Source: Octopus vulgaris (taxonomy: Eukaryota). From it: a DNA stretch of 64,000 bases. The stretch's first letter is position 1. Every line of letters starts with the position of its first letter. The translations under genes were made by a program, and so were the position numbers. Where the stretch lies: the NCBI GenBank assembly GCA_951406725.2, contig OX597823.1:103850001-103914000 (forward strand). Direction: 5' to 3'. The notes below the pieces were generated by a model. The model was not told the origin of the DNA, did not search any database, and saw only the letters and a list, made by a program, of their open reading frames with translations. This document shows positions 60,435 through 64,000 of this stretch, piece after piece.

Positions 60435-60800
60435 TCAGGTCATCCCATAAGATCTGTCCAAATTTTGAATAAAGAAAACAAGTGATCAAATGTTATATTT
60501 AATTGAAATTTAATCATCAATGTACTTTCCCTGATTATCTTTGACTTCTATTCATCTATTTACAAGGTTTTAATCCCATCAATGTAAAACTCTTTTGGTT
60601 TCAAAGTGAAGAACTCTGAAATGTCAGTTTCGACCTCTTCCTGGCTGGCGAAAGTTATGTCCCCCAAAATGATTCGGTAAACTATGACACAAACAGTAGT
60701 CTGAAGGAGCAAGTTCGGGAGAATAAGGTGGATGAGGAATTCTCCCCCAACCAAGCTCTTCGATCTTCTGTGATGTTCGATTCCAAGCAGTGACCTGAAC
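60435..60800 (-). mobile_element. Mariner transposase 3' fragment
   Basis: KIEELGW..PHPPYSPELAPSDY..SL.NH and EFYIDGIKTL. Confidence 0.85.
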
Positions 60801-60861
60801 ACTAACAACAGCCACAACAACAGCAGCAGCAACAACAACAACAACAATAATAATAATAATG

Positions 60862-60912
<51 letters not shown>

Positions 60913-60915
<3 letters not shown>

Positions 60916-61469
60916 GCCTTGATGCAGTACCAGGCAGTGGCTCTCATGGCTTCTGATCTTAACTGATTGGAAGTGTTATCATGTACATTGTTTTGTCTTG
61001 GTATAAAAGATGGGCTACAGCAAATATTCTGCTCAATACCACAGATTTGCTTGTCAGTTGTTTGACCTTAACCAGTTGAGCATGTCCCTTAGTGGCTGAC
61101 GATATGTGCATCTCTGATCACGAGCAGAAGTAGTGGGGGAGCATCATAGCCATGTGTTGAGAGGGATTCTTTGGGGTTTGAATAATTCACCTCTGGAAAC
61201 ATGGGTGGTTCTTTCAACATCCTTAAACAACCCTTATTCAGGGACCTTTTGAGCGGGATGGGCTACTCAACCTGAAGAAAATTCTAACTGGGCCCCACCT
61301 GCAAGGTCATGTGCTGTTTATATTGATATGAGATCACCATGTCGCGCACATATGGTTGTGATGCATGTGCCTGGTGTACCCTTATCAGACGGGTAGTCAT
61401 GATGGGTATATTGGGCTTCGTATATTTTGCCCCAGTGTCACTTTGATGGCATGCACTGCTCTCTCACTC

Positions 61470-61470
<1 letters not shown>
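60913..61470 (-). mobile_element. Unclassified ~560-bp insertion flanked on both sides by (AAT)n
   Basis: (AAT)n at 60845-60912 and 61470-61510. Non-coding, higher GC. Strand assignment tentative. Confidence 0.45.
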
Positions 61471-61507
<37 letters not shown>

Positions 61508-61544
61508 TAACATCAAAAAATACCCAGGTTCGAAATTTCCCCAA

Positions 61545-61590
61545 GACGCCTGAAGAAGTGTGGAGGGTATATCAGCCGAAACGTTGTGTT
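61545..61590 (+). ncRNA. Minimal type I hammerhead motif, stem II partly decayed
   Basis: gacgc CUGAAGA a gugugg..ucagcc GAAACGUU gtgtt. Confidence 0.6.
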
Positions 61591-61649
61591 AACAACAAAC
61601 AAGATGAGGACATGTATCTGTCGAATGTAAATAATGTAAATAAGTATCC

Positions 61650-62425
61650 GGATTGTTGACATAGTAACGAAGCTCAAGCACGCAGAGGGAAGCTGCTTGG
61701 CACAGATTGACCTTGTACTCTGCTGTGCATGTGCACTAAATTTTAATGCTCTAGCTTCTGCTGTTTACAGCAGTGATTGGAAGCAAGGTGTGTATAGGGT
61801 GTGATCGTCGCCTTGACCTTGACAGAGAAAGTTGTCATGGTGATACCTGCTCAGAGGCCTACACAAAGTCGCAGAAAGAGTATGGTGAAGAGTATAAGAG
61901 CAGCACACAAGTGTACGAGTGATTCAGACGTTCCCAAGATGGTCGAAAAATGTCGATATTGACTAACGTCCTGGGAGACCCGCAACCTGCAGAACTTAGA
62001 AAAACATCGCAGATGTGCGTGCAGCTGTGAGGGGGAAATCAATGAATCACCATCCGTGAGTTATTAGAGGATGTGCAGATTAGTTACGGTTCAGTTCAGT
62101 CCATTATTACTGAAAATTTGGGTATGAGACGCGTATCTGCCAAGTTTGTGCGAAAACGTCTTTCAGCTGATCGAAAAAGACACTCGGGTTTCAATCTCCT
62201 TGATTGTGTAGATAATGAGGAAGACTTTTTGAAACTTTGTGTAGGTCTCTGAGAAGGTTTCGCCAAGCTTTTGGCAAAATTTTATGCAGATTCTCTGCTC
62301 AACTTTCTGCTGCACGCACATCTGCGATGTTTTTCTAAGTTCTGCAGGTTGCGGGTCTCCCAGGACGTTAGTCAATATCGACATTTTTCGACCATCTTGG
62401 AAACGTCTGAATCACTCGTACAAGT
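61650..62425. mobile_element. Rearranged mariner relic with inverted duplication
   Basis: 61911-62025 is inverted at 62309-62422. Minus-strand EQRICIKFCQKLG (mariner N-terminus). Plus-strand SVQSIITENLGMRRVSAKFV. Confidence 0.75.
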
Positions 62426-62508
62426 ATAAAAAATTCCATATAATAACTTTTTGATTTATTAAAAAATATCTCCATCGCCAGACGATATGTCATTATTAAC
62501 GAATGGCA

Positions 62509-62544
<36 letters not shown>

Positions 62545-62990
62545 GAGTGAGAGAGACGGTGAAAGCGAAAAGTTCCTTTTTCAATCGGAAGAGCACAACT
62601 CCATCATTTCAGCTTCTTTTCAGCTTGTTTTTCATGCCGACAGATCTATAAATATCGCTTTCAAGAATGCACTAGGTTAACTAACCCAACCAAACGTTAT
62701 AGCAAACCTTTTCAGACTTGAAAGGGAAACGAAAAAGGGAAAATTGGGGAACGAATGTCGTAAAGGGGACCCACCAGGGAAATGAAATCGGATCGTGAAC
62801 ACGATTGCAGGGTGATCTTGTGACCCCACTGCGACTCTAACCAACGACTTGGATAATTAATAATACCTTATTGATGGTTAGTTGCATTAAAGAGGAAACA
62901 AGAACCTGTATGTATGTATGTATGTATGTATGTATGTATGTATGTATGTATGTATGTATGTATGTATGTATGCATGTATGTATGTATGCA

Positions 62991-63037
<47 letters not shown>

Positions 63038-63073
63038 ATGTATGTCTGTATGTATGCACACACATAATTACCT

Positions 63074-63123
<50 letters not shown>

Positions 63124-63215
63124 ATGGTGTTAAAGAAATTCTGATGACATTAACATATGAGTAGTTCAAATATATTAAAACATAGATAAGCATTTATATA
63201 CATAGACAGATTTAT

Positions 63216-63246
<31 letters not shown>

Positions 63247-63469
63247 TGTATATATATATATTATAATACGCGTGTGTATGCGCGCGCGGTTGTGTATGTG
63301 TGTGTGAGCACATATGTGTTTGCATTCATATGATGGTGATGATGTATTATAATATGTGAATATATGTAATCATAAAACAAATTAGTTTTTATGACGTCTG
63401 CAGCTAGACTACACGTATAAACTCCACCCCCCTTGCTCTCTTTCTCTGTAAATATATATATATATCCTG

Positions 63470-64000
63470 CTGAACGAGGATAAATTTGAGCTAATCCACT
63501 TTGGAAAAGAGGATGCCCTGAAACTCCCATACTCCCTTCCTTCAGGTGAAACTCTCGCGGCGTCCAACAACATCAGAGACTTGGGAGTAATTGTGGACAA
63601 CAACATAAGCTGGGCCACTCATATAAACACCAAAGTTGACATGGCCCGCAGAATGTGTTCCTGGATTCTCAGAACTTTCCAGTCGAGAGATATCCACACC
63701 ATTATCCTTCTCTTCTCCACTTTTGCCCGACCCCACCTTGAATACTGTTGTCCACTGTGGTCTCCCCACACAATACAAGGTATCATAAAAGTTGAAGCAC
63801 CTCAAAGGGTAATCACAAAAAAGATAGATGGCATGACAAGCCTCGACTATTGGGGTCGACTAGAAAAGCTAAAACTCTATTCTCTCCAACGTCGTCGTGA
63901 GCGCTACATCATCTGCATGATGTGGAAAATATTCCATCAGCATTGCCCAAATGATGTTGGCATCACCTTTAAGGTACATCCAAGGCTTGGGCCCCGTGCC
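63470..64000 (+). mobile_element. 5'-truncated CR1/L2-group LINE, same family as 25770-29060, running off the window end
   Basis: Highly similar to the reverse complement of about 26085-26608 (NEDKFELIHFG..RDLGV..RPHLEYC). Starts at a (TA)n tract. Confidence 0.92.

Overview
Repeat-rich animal genomic DNA, most likely an octopod cephalopod (inferred from very dense (TA)n/(TATC)n/(CATA)n microsatellites and the repeated tRNA-derived SINE families). Only one host-gene exon is supportable: a 162-nt phase-1/phase-1 exon of a quiver/sleepless-like Ly6 three-finger protein on the minus strand (34183-34344). The rest is decayed mobile DNA: two head-to-tail Tx1/L1-clade LINEs sitting in (TATC)n, three CR1/L2-group LINE copies, R4/Dong-like and RTE fragments, Penelope-like element (PLE) fragments, mariner/maT fragments, non-autonomous Helitrons and SINEs. 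The main discovery is about 17 type I hammerhead ribozyme (HHR) motifs from roughly 8 sequence families, found by eye. Most lie in short non-coding elements inserted in (TA)n tracts. Several share one architecture: an inverted head followed by a circularly permuted, more-than-unit-length monomer array (562, 474 and ~362 bp), with one HHR-like motif per monomer. This is consistent with a retrozyme-like circular-RNA system mobilised in trans by PLEs. The motifs include a U3:A8 core variant and a pair of copies with compensatory stem changes. All RNA folds were paired by hand; ribozyme activity is untested.
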